Assembly: GCA_016748015.1 (NCBI GenBank)
Contig: JAAOMT010000503.1
Coordinates: 666,534-730,533 of the forward strand
Length of the DNA stretch: 64,000 nt
Direction of reading: 5' to 3'
Source: Geosiphon pyriformis uo1
Lineage: Eukaryota > Fungi > Glomeromycota
In this document: in pieces, positions 1-11,023 of the stretch
How positions within the stretch are numbered: position 1 is the stretch's first letter
How the letters are laid out: each line of letters starts with the position of its first letter
Notes under the pieces: model-generated
Told to the model about the DNA's origin: nothing
Seen by the model: only the letters and a program-made list of their open reading frames with translations
The model's database searches: none
Made by a program: the position numbers and the translations under genes

Positions 1-420
1 ATTTAAAATAAAAATCAATAATTTCAATTTAAAATTAAAATTTCCATATTTATAAATTATTAATTTTAAAAAAATTATTTTCTATAGTTAATCACAATAT
101 AAATATTTGTTGATTATTTTTTCAAAACCCTCACTTATTTTTTTCCTGGAATTGAGATTATTACTCATTGCCAATACGATTGACAGGTATGGTTAGTCCC
201 AAACGGCTAGTCTTGCAGATTGATTGTCTCAAAAGCACCAAACTTCAAACAAAAAGTTTCGTCTCGAACAGAAAACCTCATTATAAAAGTTTATTTCAAA
301 GGCAAATACATCTAATAACTTTCTTTTCATATCACCCTTTGTTTGAATAGCCTTATTGGCTATTGACTCTTAAGAAAAGATCCTAGCTATATCATCTTTC
401 GAAACATCTTCGATAGCCTA

Positions 421-2904
421 ATGACTTCAAACGGGGACACTTGTCCGTTTTGTTCAGAAAGCAACGTTGCTTGGTATATAAGAGATCCTTTAGGAACTTG
501 GATTGAATGCGATATTTGTAAAACATGGTATCATGCTGTTTGCCTTAAATTATCTGCCGAGAAATGTGAAAAAATCGAACGTTATCATTGCCCCGATTGC
601 ATTATCTCACACGGGCCTAGTATACGTAAGTAGCAAGTTAACTGCTTCACCAGTCAGTTCAGGAAGCTCTTTGGTTATGAATTTTGTAATTATATGCATT
701 AATTATTCAATTAACAAAGTTAAAAGAGATGTACGGAAATCAAAGCGCCAACTTCCAAAGGTGAACTATGCTGATTTAGACAATGGGTTCACAGTTCACC
801 AATTCAAATGGAAAAGGATCCTTGAATCCAAGAAATTTTCCACGGCAAATTTTCAGCGACTACGTGGGGACTTATTAACTGTTGATTGGCTTAAACGTAA
901 TGGGCTTTCACAACCAATTATTATTGAGAAACCTGATGGGCTGGGTATGAAAATGCTCCCTTCATCAATAACTATAAGGGATATTGGTACAGCTGTTGGT
1001 AATTATCATGGAGTTTGATTGATTTTTTCTGCCAAGAGGTGGTTATCAAATTTAATTCGGAATCAACTTTCTAAACATCTCACTTCAACTACCTTGAATT
1101 CTATTGAAGGATTCAACCATCCAATCGAAGTAATTGGTAAGATTTTAAAATTTTATATCAATTTGCTATTGAAAAGAAACATATTTCTCAAAGGGATACT
1201 CTTCTCTTTTGACACCTCAGACGTAGCGACTCAACAAGAATTGCCAGGATGGAATATGCTGCAATGGTCAACATATTTTCAAAAAAAGAAAAAGGATCAA
1301 GTCTTAAATGTTATAAGTCTGGAGATTAGCGGGACTCCGTTGGCAGATCAAATAGTTCGTCCAAAAGTCGTAAGGCATGTTATCTCATCTTTAATTTCAC
1401 ATTCCCACTTGATTGAATTCAAAGTTTTTATTCTTGAGATATCACGTTTCTTATTTGGAAGTTATTTTAAAAATAGAGAACTTGATTGGATAGATCAGAT
1501 TTGGCCAGTTGAATTGGAAATCTACGATTTTCCTAAAACACAACTCTATTGTCTAATGAGTGTCAAGGAGAGCTACACAGATTTTCATATTGACTTTGGC
1601 GGCACATCTGTATTCTACCACATTATTAAGGGATCGAAACATTTCTACTTTATTCCGCCATCTCAACTAAATTTGAAAAAATATGAAAAGTGGATAACAT
1701 CTCCCGAACAATCGACCACTTTTTTGGGCGATTTAGTAAAAGATTGTTATGAGGTTCACTTAAAAGCGGGCAATACAATGTAAGTGAATCTTTTTCATAA
1801 TTTCTTTTTTTACAAATTCACTTTGTAAAAAGAAGAACATTGTATAATTATGTATATCAGGATAATACCCACTGGATGGATTCATGCTGTTTACACCCCA
1901 GAAGATTCGATTGTAATTGGTGGTAACTTTTTACATAGTCTCAATATCCCCGGACAGCTGCAAATATATGACATGGAAAAACGCACCAACGTCCCTATCA
2001 AGTACAGATTTCCACATTTCGAGAAGATGTGTTGGTATGCTGCAAAGAAATATAATACAATTCTCAAAGGTATAGTTTGAAAGCAAATTAAATTTATGTT
2101 ATTTGGCAATGTAAAATGATTCAAATATCTTTATTAAAAAGTATTTTTATATATATAGATAACCCTGAAATTTTGTGTAAAAGCGAGAAGGATGGGCTAA
2201 ATGAATTATCAAAGTTTCTCACTTCTCTAACTGAAAACCTTGATAGTGATAGTGAAACTACGACGGGAGGAAAAAACTCGGTGAAGAAAAATATTCCAGA
2301 GACTATAACAGATCCCAAAAAATTGGCGAAACGACTAGGTCGTCGAACAAGTAAAACTGTTGTTGTCGTTGAAAATCAACCTACAAGTGCCCGAGAGGAA
2401 TTTCAGATGAAGCTAGCTATGAATAGGAAGTTACAAGAGGAAATAAAAAGAGGCAGGGCTAACGATTTTATCGAGTCAACACCACTGGCTAAAGCGGGTG
2501 TATATAAAACAACCGAACTTTCTGATAAAATTCTCAATATTTCGAATAAATCTATTTTGGAAATGGCGGAGCCAATTTTTTCACTTAATCCAAAAATCGA
2601 TTCCACCGTATCAACTCCTTCCCCATCGAGTCCCCCAAAGATCAACAGAATTGTAATAAAACTTAAAGGTAAAGATGAAAAGTCGAAAATTGGTGAATCC
2701 TGTTCAACGCAGAAGAATTCCAAAAGAAAGCTGGATGATGAGAGTATTAAAACGGTTAATGAAGATGATGAAATCGTCAGCATAATCGAAGATACTTTTG
2801 AACCTAAATCTTTACTTACACCACCTTCTTTCAACGAACCGAAAGTTATTAATTTGGAGCCATCAACGAAGAAGCGAAGGGTAGACGATGAGGATGAGAA
2901 ATAA
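421..2904 (+). CDS. JHD1: PHD-finger + JmjC histone lysine demethylase (JHD1/KDM2-KDM7 family); 7 exons: 421-625, 720-998, 1110-1136, 1221-1374, 1477-1779, 1861-2069, 2159-2904
   Basis: N-terminal PHD (CPFC...WIECDICKTWYHAVC...YHCPDC); JmjC motifs YTDFHIDFGGTSVFYHIIKGSKHFYFIPP and IIPTGWIHAVYTPEDSIVIGGNFLHS; splice sites join all exons in frame (one GC-AG intron). Confidence 0.9.
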
Positions 2905-3561
2905 GTATCTAGTTTGATTAGGTTTATTCATCTGTACATTATTGATTCCTGGTATCCAAGAATTGGGATTATATATTCTTTTCAAAGATCGAATTCCTCG
3001 AATGGCTGGCGATATTAATATAATTCAAGGTATCTGTTAGTACCTCTCTTTTTCTTATTTCTTTATGTGGGGTCACTGAATTTCTTCATGAGCATCAGAT
3101 CCTCAATTTTCCATCCAGTTTTTGTTCAAATACTAATCAGGAAAAGAGGCTATGGAAAATCGAGCATTGCGGGAAGGTTTCATATTTGAGTAACATCCTG
3201 ATTAGATCTAGTAAATGTGCGTTTCACCAAAAGAGAGGGGTCACCTCCCAGTGATCTTGTAAAACTTTGATGCCTGTTTCGGGTATGAGTACATGTTTAT
3301 CATAATAGTAGTTTTAATATCGAGTGATTTTTTTATTCACAATTTCGGTTGAGCAAGAGAAAAAGTGTGACCATCTAACAAATGACCTAATTGCTTAATG
3401 CTAAAAAGTTGCCCTTTTTACCCGCAAGCGAAGCGTGCATTTTCCCTTTTACTGCTTTTGCCTAAAAGAACTGGTGCTAAAAGATGCTAGTCAAAATTTA
3501 CTCTTGCATAGACAAGCCTGTTGATTAAAAGCGACTAACCTATTTTTGATTCGATTCCTCG

Positions 3562-6500
3562 ATGGCACAAGTTGAAGACATATCAATTATTGAAATACCA
3601 CCACCTCTTCCACCAAAAAACGACCTTCCTCTTTTACCACCTAAAGATATTTCTCGAATAACTTTTGCAACCGGGGTAGCACTTAGTCCATCCCAGACCA
3701 AAGGTTTAAACCCTCGAGTTATATCAGACTCTGAGAGTCATAACTCTTCCTATACGTTCTCTGGGGCGAAGGGTGCAAAACGCCCAAGAGTTTCTCCTAG
3801 TCTACCTCCACCTCCACCTTCACCTTTAAATACTTTTTCCTTACAGTCTAACGAAGACATAGCAGATCAAGATAAAGGGAAATCTGCACCTCGTGAGATG
3901 CTGGCCAAACTCTCACTCTGGTTAAGCTTGAGCAAATTTAAAAAACCAAAAGACGATCCTGCAAGTTCCGAAATGGCAACAAACGACTCAACAGATATCG
4001 TTTCAGAAGCAACAGATATTCCTCGTTTAAAAAAGACAACCAGTATTTCTAAATTATTCCGTAGAATAAGTACCAGACGTAGGAAAGAAGTAATTAATGA
4101 GGGAGATCCTCTCCCTGAAGTTAGACACCCGACAACAACCTCAACCTCTAATTTCTCCACAATCTCGCCTCGTAGAAAAAATTTCAATACATTTTTAGAT
4201 AAGTTTACCAATCGTAAAGCTTCTGATCAAGTTCTCGGGACAAAAGGGGAGGCATCAAATTCCAAGGTTGGTTCATCACCTTGGGATATTACTGGAATTA
4301 ACAGAGGTGAAACCCAACTCCAAAAATTGTTCGTCGAAGGTCTGGATTTCTCGATTTCTTCGCAAACATTGTTCCAAGACGATGAATCTTTATCGCCTTC
4401 TTCAACCCAAAATTCTACTACAGCCACTACAATGGAATCAATTTTTTACGGAAATGATCATGAATATATCAATGACAATAGTGACTATTTTGGAATAAAC
4501 ATTGATTCTATCGCTTCCTTTAGGGATTCAATAGTTCCCATAAGAGATTCGATAGTTCCTATTAGAGATTCAATGGCTAAATCATCAGTATATTCAACGG
4601 AACGTGCTGATGATGATACTATAAAAGGTGTATCTGGGACTATTCGATCACATAGCCGAGTTTTTGATGGCAACACTGCATTATTCTTAAGAGACGATTC
4701 CAATCAAAGATTAACAATTGTAGGAAGACCTGTTTCTAATCAGGTTAATCCAATGAATACATCACAACCTAAAATAGAGAAATCATTTAAAGAAGTATCC
4801 TCAATAGAAATTTCTAAATTAAAAAACAATCAAAATCAACAAAGTTTGCCTTTGAACACTCCAAGCAGAAGTGAATCTTTAACATTCAACAAGAAAGTTC
4901 TTGTAAATAATGCCATTAATAATAGGTTGAACCTAGACAATAGGAAATCATCTCTTTCACTATTAGATCCTAAATTCAGCAATATTTCAACAACACCAAT
5001 GCCAATAACACCAACTATTCGAATAGAATCAGATAAGAGAGTAACAATCCTTGACTCGGAAACTGATGTTCATACAATACATAAAACAAATCCCACGGAT
5101 CCGGTAACATCCCCAGAGACTATTGGACCTTCCAAATCAGATAAATCCCCTTTAAAATTCTTTACTAAAAGGCTTTATCAAAGTCTTCGCCCGTCAAATT
5201 CTATGACAGATGAAAAGCGTCAAAAGCATATATCAATGAATATCAATGGAATCAATGAATTGACCACAGGTACATTGTTAGATATTAAAAAATCGCCAAA
5301 ATTAGATGAACGAATGTTTGACGGAGTTAGCTCACAAGTAGATCTTTTAAAAGGGCTTGAAGAAGAATCTGAAGTTGATAGTGATGATATTTCAAAAGAT
5401 GTGGATAATATAACATTTGATGATGGAGTTGAGGGTGATGTGTCAGCGACTCAATCACAAGCACAAGATTCTAGCTTATATACCCCATCCGAATATGAAT
5501 CATCTTCGAATAATAAACCGTTATCGAGAATGTCTTCATTCGCTAGATCTTATAATTCAGAGGATCCATCTGCAATGAGTACCACTTTTTCTGATTCCCA
5601 AATCGCTGAATCTGAAGTTTTAAAAACCGATTGGCCGGTAGAGACTGCTCTCATTAACTTTGCAGATTTCGACAAAGGTCCAGCTCGTTTATCGAACAAT
5701 CATTTGGCATATATTCCTAATAATTTTTTTGATGAGCTTCATAGTCTTAAAGCGTTATACCTTGATCGTAATTCATTGAGGGATTTGCCAGAGGAATTAT
5801 TGAAGCTTACGAAATTGGAAATACTGGATCTAAGTAACAATTGTATTGCTGAATTCCATCCGAGGTTAAAGTTTAAACGTTTAAGAAACATGCGACGCCT
5901 TAACTTGGACAATAATGGACTTATTGATATTACGAGTATAACGAAATTGAAAACATTAAGAGAGCTTCGTGTAAACAACAATTTCCTAGATAATTTAACT
6001 CCTGACATTGGAAGACTAGTAAAACTGAAACATCTTCACCTGAGTAACAATGATCTGTCCTCCTTACCTGAAACAATTTGTCGATTAAGGTGTTTAACTG
6101 TACTTCGATTGAACAATAATCATATTCGCAATTTACCATCATCTTTCTGTTCTTTACGACAATTACAAGTGTTGGAAATTAGGGGTAATCTCTTGAGCCA
6201 ATTGCCTGAGAATTTAAAAGATCTAGAGAATCTGACTGAGCTGGACATTTCCCAGAATAACCTAGGATTGCTTCCCAACGACATAACAAGGTGCACAAAG
6301 CTAGTTAAATTAGACGTACATAGTAATCAACTGGAATCAATTCCGCTAAAAATTGGTCAACTATCTCGATTAGTTAATTTGAACCTTCAAAATAATCGAC
6401 TTTCCACTCTTCCTGCTGATATAGGAAAACTGACTGCTCTGACAGATTTGGACTTGTCAAAAAATCAGCTGATAGTTCTTCCCGAAGAACTTGGGAAACT

Positions 6501-7467
6501 TGTGAAGTTAACGGAGATTAAGCTTAATGACAATCCTTCACTTTTGACATTGCCGCCAACTCTAAAAAAATTGACATCAGTCAAAAAAGTACATTTGCAA
6601 AATTGTAGTCTTAGCCAAATTCCGTTTGATATTGGCCTCGCTTACAAGAAATTAACTCTTCTGGACATATCTTGTAATTCATTGGATACAATTCCGAAGC
6701 TTGACAGTATGGAAAAGCTATGGATTCTCAAAATTTCAAATAACCGTATTAATGATTTGACAGATCAAATCGATCAATTGAGTAATCTACGAGAGCTTTA
6801 CGCCTCTGGTAACAAATTGAAGCAGCTTCCAAGGTCAATTGGTCGTCTAAAAAATCTGGAAATTTTGGATATTGCACAGAATTTGTTAATGGGGATACCT
6901 CTTGCCATTGGTCAATGTCAAGCTTTAAAGGAGATCCGGCTGTCAGGTAATCATTCTTTAGGAAATATACCAGCAACTCTGGGACGACTTAGCGTTTTGA
7001 ACATTTTTCATGTTGGTGAATGGCCTGACTCTGGCTTCACAGTTACGCAGGAAGATTCTCGCACCACACATAATACCAAGACAAACCCATATCAACAAAA
7101 GGTTCCTCAAAGTGTAGAACGAGCGCTTTTATGGAGAATGCATGATTCAATATTGAAGAGATTAAGGGAACTTGATAATAATGATGGAGCTTCAGATTCT
7201 GTATTGAGTGGGGAATCCTTGAATGTTTCTCAGCAGGATTTCACTGCTAGTCATCCACCATCCCCAATACCACCACGTGACGACGTTATTTTGAAAATGG
7301 CTGTATTAAAAGGTGTTTATGACCAAATCATAAGAGATGTGCGCAATCTCGAATCCGATAAGGAATCTAGTGGAGATGAAGCCACAGAATTTCCCGGAGA
7401 CAGTGGAAAAAAGAAAAAATTTATGAAATTAAAAGACTTTAAATTCTTGAACCGGGGTGACAAATAA
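3562..7467 (+). CDS. Intronless leucine-rich-repeat protein (1301 aa): ~700-aa low-complexity Ser/Pro-rich N-terminus plus ~19-20 typical 23-residue LRRs (SHOC2/Scribble-like)
   Basis: Long uninterrupted ORF; repeated LxxLxLxxNxLxxLPxxIxxL units from about aa 710 to 1150; no recognisable catalytic domain. Confidence 0.88.
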   Translation: MAQVEDISIIEIPPPLPPKNDLPLLPPKDISRITFATGVALSPSQTKGLNPRVISDSESHNSSYTFSGAKGAKRPRVSPSLPPPPPSPLNTFSLQSNEDIADQDKGKSAPREMLAKLSLWLSLSKFKKPKDDPASSEMATNDSTDIVSEATDIPRLKKTTSISKLFRRISTRRRKEVINEGDPLPEVRHPTTTSTSNFSTISPRRKNFNTFLDKFTNRKASDQVLGTKGEASNSKVGSSPWDITGINRGETQLQKLFVEGLDFSISSQTLFQDDESLSPSSTQNSTTATTMESIFYGNDHEYINDNSDYFGINIDSIASFRDSIVPIRDSIVPIRDSMAKSSVYSTERADDDTIKGVSGTIRSHSRVFDGNTALFLRDDSNQRLTIVGRPVSNQVNPMNTSQPKIEKSFKEVSSIEISKLKNNQNQQSLPLNTPSRSESLTFNKKVLVNNAINNRLNLDNRKSSLSLLDPKFSNISTTPMPITPTIRIESDKRVTILDSETDVHTIHKTNPTDPVTSPETIGPSKSDKSPLKFFTKRLYQSLRPSNSMTDEKRQKHISMNINGINELTTGTLLDIKKSPKLDERMFDGVSSQVDLLKGLEEESEVDSDDISKDVDNITFDDGVEGDVSATQSQAQDSSLYTPSEYESSSNNKPLSRMSSFARSYNSEDPSAMSTTFSDSQIAESEVLKTDWPVETALINFADFDKGPARLSNNHLAYIPNNFFDELHSLKALYLDRNSLRDLPEELLKLTKLEILDLSNNCIAEFHPRLKFKRLRNMRRLNLDNNGLIDITSITKLKTLRELRVNNNFLDNLTPDIGRLVKLKHLHLSNNDLSSLPETICRLRCLTVLRLNNNHIRNLPSSFCSLRQLQVLEIRGNLLSQLPENLKDLENLTELDISQNNLGLLPNDITRCTKLVKLDVHSNQLESIPLKIGQLSRLVNLNLQNNRLSTLPADIGKLTALTDLDLSKNQLIVLPEELGKLVKLTEIKLNDNPSLLTLPPTLKKLTSVKKVHLQNCSLSQIPFDIGLAYKKLTLLDISCNSLDTIPKLDSMEKLWILKISNNRINDLTDQIDQLSNLRELYASGNKLKQLPRSIGRLKNLEILDIAQNLLMGIPLAIGQCQALKEIRLSGNHSLGNIPATLGRLSVLNIFHVGEWPDSGFTVTQEDSRTTHNTKTNPYQQKVPQSVERALLWRMHDSILKRLRELDNNDGASDSVLSGESLNVSQQDFTASHPPSPIPPRDDVILKMAVLKGVYDQIIRDVRNLESDKESSGDEATEFPGDSGKKKKFMKLKDFKFLNRGDK

Positions 7468-7944
7468 TTTTTTATTTAAACAAGTCGATCTACGAGCCAA
7501 TTCATTTTTATTGGGAATTCCTTTTTATTGGAAATTCCTTTTAGCAAATCTATGCCTTCCTTGACTAAATTAGTCTCGCCCTTCTATATTATATCTCCAT
7601 TAATTCCGGCATGTTATGTATTCATTGTATTACCATATAATTATATAGATTTCACGTGTACTGAAGCATTTTTTCTTGTAATATAGTTTTTGCTAAGTTC
7701 GACCTTGTAATTCTTTTGCATTTTCACGATAAAAATTATTTCCCTGTATAAAAAACAAATTATGCTAACAAGAACTTTTCATTTCTAACCTTACCAAAAA
7801 TTGGTGATATAATGCCGTCCGAATAGTAGAATAGCCAGATAAACGCAAAGCGGCAACACGTTATTGATATCATAGTAAAACAGATCTTCCAAAATGTACC
7901 CGAATCTACTTTAGTTTCCATGAAAACTGTGGCCCTGATTTATC

Positions 7945-8814
7945 TTAATCTAATTTCTTGCTTAAAATAAAGGCGTCTGGTGGAGTAATATTTTTGTAAT
8001 ACCCTTCAATAGTACCGACAATTTGGAAATTGTATTTTTTATAAAAAGCAAGGGCTTCCTCGTTCGATGTTTGAACATGTAAATAAATCTCGGCAAACTT
8101 GTTAGGATTTGCATGCTCCAAAATGTGTTTTAGAAGTTCGGTACCTTGGTATATTGAACGAAAGTAAATCACTCGAAGAATAGGATGAAAAAGAGCATAT
8201 TAAAGGTCACGTTTCGATCATTTACCTATGCCTAGATTTCGATAAGGAGCTAAAACTCCAAGTGTCATTATATAAAGTTTGAGGTGCTTAGAAACCGGAA
8301 TCGGTTCCTTACGACAACAAACTCCTCCCACGCATGCATCATTAAAGTATGCTATTGAAGACGAGTATGAAAGATGGAGTATGTTATATTTCGTATCTAA
8401 GCAATAAGCTGCTTCCTTAACCCATTAATTTCAAGCTTCTGTAAACAGAGTTCAATGATTAAATTGGAAGTGGTTATAAAGGTAACATTGAAGAAACATA
8501 AAACAAGCCATTTTACCTTTCTCTTGAAGCTCACTTTCCTTAAAAGGGGCAAGGAGTCATTAAACTGAAAGATTACGCGACCTACCCAACTTCGCGAATT
8601 CCCCGACCTCAAGGACATCTTTATAAAACTTTTCACTATAATGAACAGGGAAAAGGACAGAGTTTAGGCGTTTCAACTGGCCCAAGTTATTTGAGGTTAC
8701 GTCTCCAAGTTCTATTATGTGACGGGCTGTTTTCTTATGGGAAGATATCTTTGGTTCTACAGAGGTTTCTGAAGTCGCGGTATTCTCAGAGGTTTGTTTG
8801 GTAGGAGCTCCCAT
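7945..8814 (-). CDS. NAA50: N-alpha-acetyltransferase 50 (NatE catalytic subunit, NAT5/San); exons 8814-8586, 8351-8226, 8144-7945
   Basis: IELGDVTSNNLGQLKRLNSVLFPVHYSEKFYKDVL, AYFNDACVGGVCCR, LYIMTLGVLAPYRNLGIG, IYLHVQTSNEEALAFYKKYNF; GT-AG introns restore frame. Confidence 0.92.
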
Positions 8815-8865
8815 ATTAAATTCGCAGAGTTGGACTTTCGCGTTAAAAATATTGGGAATAAATCT

Positions 8866-8889
8866 TCCGGAAATCACCTGATTTCCGGA
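8866..8889. promoter_or_regulatory. Perfect 11-bp inverted repeat TCCGGAAATCA-cc-TGATTTCCGGA ~50 bp upstream of the NAA50 ATG
   Basis: Palindrome read directly from the sequence; regulatory role inferred only from position. Confidence 0.4.
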
Positions 8890-10521
8890 TAGTAATAATC
8901 AAAAAACAGGATTTCAGAAGTTATAGATACGTAAGTTATTGCATCATAATACTACGGTTCGCGCTCAGAATTTTTCATTATCACCGTGGAATCGTTTTTA
9001 TAATAAGGATAAAAGCGTACCATGGCCTTTGTACATAGAAACAATAACTTGCCTTATCCGCACAAGATATCTGATGGCAAAATACATATTTTTTACTTAA
9101 TCGCAATAAATTGATAGGATATAAAAACCTTTTTATTGTTGTTGCTTTTGTTAACAACTCGTCAAAATACCTCTCACCAAATCTATCTATTGTCCCAAAA
9201 TCATTTGGAAACCCCATCAGTGATCCGTAAGCGAGTGCTAATGAAAGGAATTATGTTGGGTTAACACATTCTTGAAGCTCGATGTTATGAGCACTTGCAG
9301 TATTTGAACTAGTAAAAGGAAGAAGATTTTGCGCGTATATGTGCCAAAATGTTCTATAAAATTGTCCCAAAACTCGTTGCTCCGGGGATTTATTATTTAT
9401 TTTTTCAAGATATTCTGCTTCGCAATCTTGACCCCATAGGAGAAGTAATATTTAGTATAAAGCGCGAAATGAAATTTAAAATCCAACCTATCATCTACAT
9501 ATACAACCCACCTTATACTTATAATTGCTCTCAAGGTAATAACGATCATTTATGGCGAATGGATTTCATCACTTGATAAGGATAAATAAGATCAAGTCAG
9601 AAAATCTCAAGTAAATGTTGAAAGTTGTAAAAAGCTCCTCGATTTAGCAGGAATTTTTTCGTCTTTTGTCTAATTTGGTCAAAAAAAATATCTCATTATA
9701 TAATTGACTATCCACTTTCAACCTATGGTAAAATGGAAATAATATGTACAGGTATATTAGTTAAAGTTATAAATTATGCTCTATCCGCCTTCGCACATGT
9801 GCATTTTCAGAAATTTTAAAAAGACATTGTTACCAACCTGAGATAACACTTCTATACTCTTGTTTTTCGTTCAATATCTTCTATTTTCAACAGAGATGAA
9901 TTTATTGCACGATATATTACTCCTCAGGAATATTATTAAGAAAATTGACCAAAGAATTATATTTTTCTGTAATAAATTTTCCTAACTGGATATTGGGTTT
10001 ATAGAAAACGAGTCGAACTAGAACTCCACAATTAAAAGGAATAAAAAATGACGGTAAAAATTTAAAAAAATAGCTATCGATGATGAAGATATCTGGTTTT
10101 TTTTTTTTCATGTCATAAGCGTCGATTAATGAGATTCCCGGAATAGTCGGCGTGAGAAATTTCCTTTTATCTATTAAATGGAAATGTATAAATAAGTAAA
10201 AATAATTCTATAATTTTCAATATAAAACTATTTTTTAATTGAATTTTTTGCATTTTTAAATAAAATGGTTTAATTTTTGCACAAATTAGTTTATAAATAT
10301 TAATTTATTCAATAAAAAATAAAATAATTAATATCCAATTTTTATATACACAATTTAATATAGAAACATGTATGTTTTTTGGAATTTAAAAAATTCAATA
10401 TTAAAAAAAAATTGTACATAGATTTTCACTTTAAACATCTAATGGCTCTTAACAGTAGTAATTTTTTATTTTAAAGTCGCTAAGCAATTTAACATATAGG
10501 GTTACAGCGAAAGAAGTCTCA

Positions 10522-11022
10522 ATGAGTTTATTACGCCTAAGTTGTCCAATACCCCGTCCGATATTTCGTTTCTTTTCTTCTACTGCTGTTTCCCAAGTAA
10601 CAAAGCCAAGTATTTTCGCGAGGAAAAGGCAAAGCCAAAAGGCTCGACAGACACCCAGAAATATACCTCTCTCACAAATTGACCCTGACGCTGGTGATGG
10701 ATATTTCAAGATAACCTTGCGTCGCTCAGTAATTGGACTTCCAGGAAGGCTTCGACTTATAGTAGAGGCTCTTGGGCTTCGAAGAATAAATCATACTGTT
10801 TACCGTGAACAAAGACCCAACATTGCAGGCATGATACTGAAAATCAAAGAAATTGTTGAATTGGAAAACGTTGATGTAATTCCTCCAAAAGATTTACCCA
10901 CACCAAGAGGCTATACGATAACAAGTAGAAGAAATATCGATAATCTCAACATCCTCAAAAAGAAACCAAAAAAATATGAACCAAAGAATCTTGAACAGAA
11001 TATACATTCAAAAGCTAATTAA
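10522..11022 (+). CDS. MRPL33: Mitochondrial large ribosomal subunit protein uL30m with Arg/Ser-rich presequence-like N-terminus
   Basis: YFKITLRRSVIGLP...ALGLRRINHTVY...IAGMILKIKEIVELENV is the L30 domain typical of fungal MrpL33. Confidence 0.88.
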   Translation: MSLLRLSCPIPRPIFRFFSSTAVSQVTKPSIFARKRQSQKARQTPRNIPLSQIDPDAGDGYFKITLRRSVIGLPGRLRLIVEALGLRRINHTVYREQRPNIAGMILKIKEIVELENVDVIPPKDLPTPRGYTITSRRNIDNLNILKKKPKKYEPKNLEQNIHSKAN

Positions 11023-11023
11023 A

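Noticed and set aside
3562-7467. Adenylate cyclase (CYR1)
   Set aside because: LRRs are similar but the ORF ends without PP2C or cyclase domains
8981-10111. Short ORFs 8981-9217, 9349-9576 and 9917-10111
   Set aside because: No recognisable motif or exon structure; treated as intergenic
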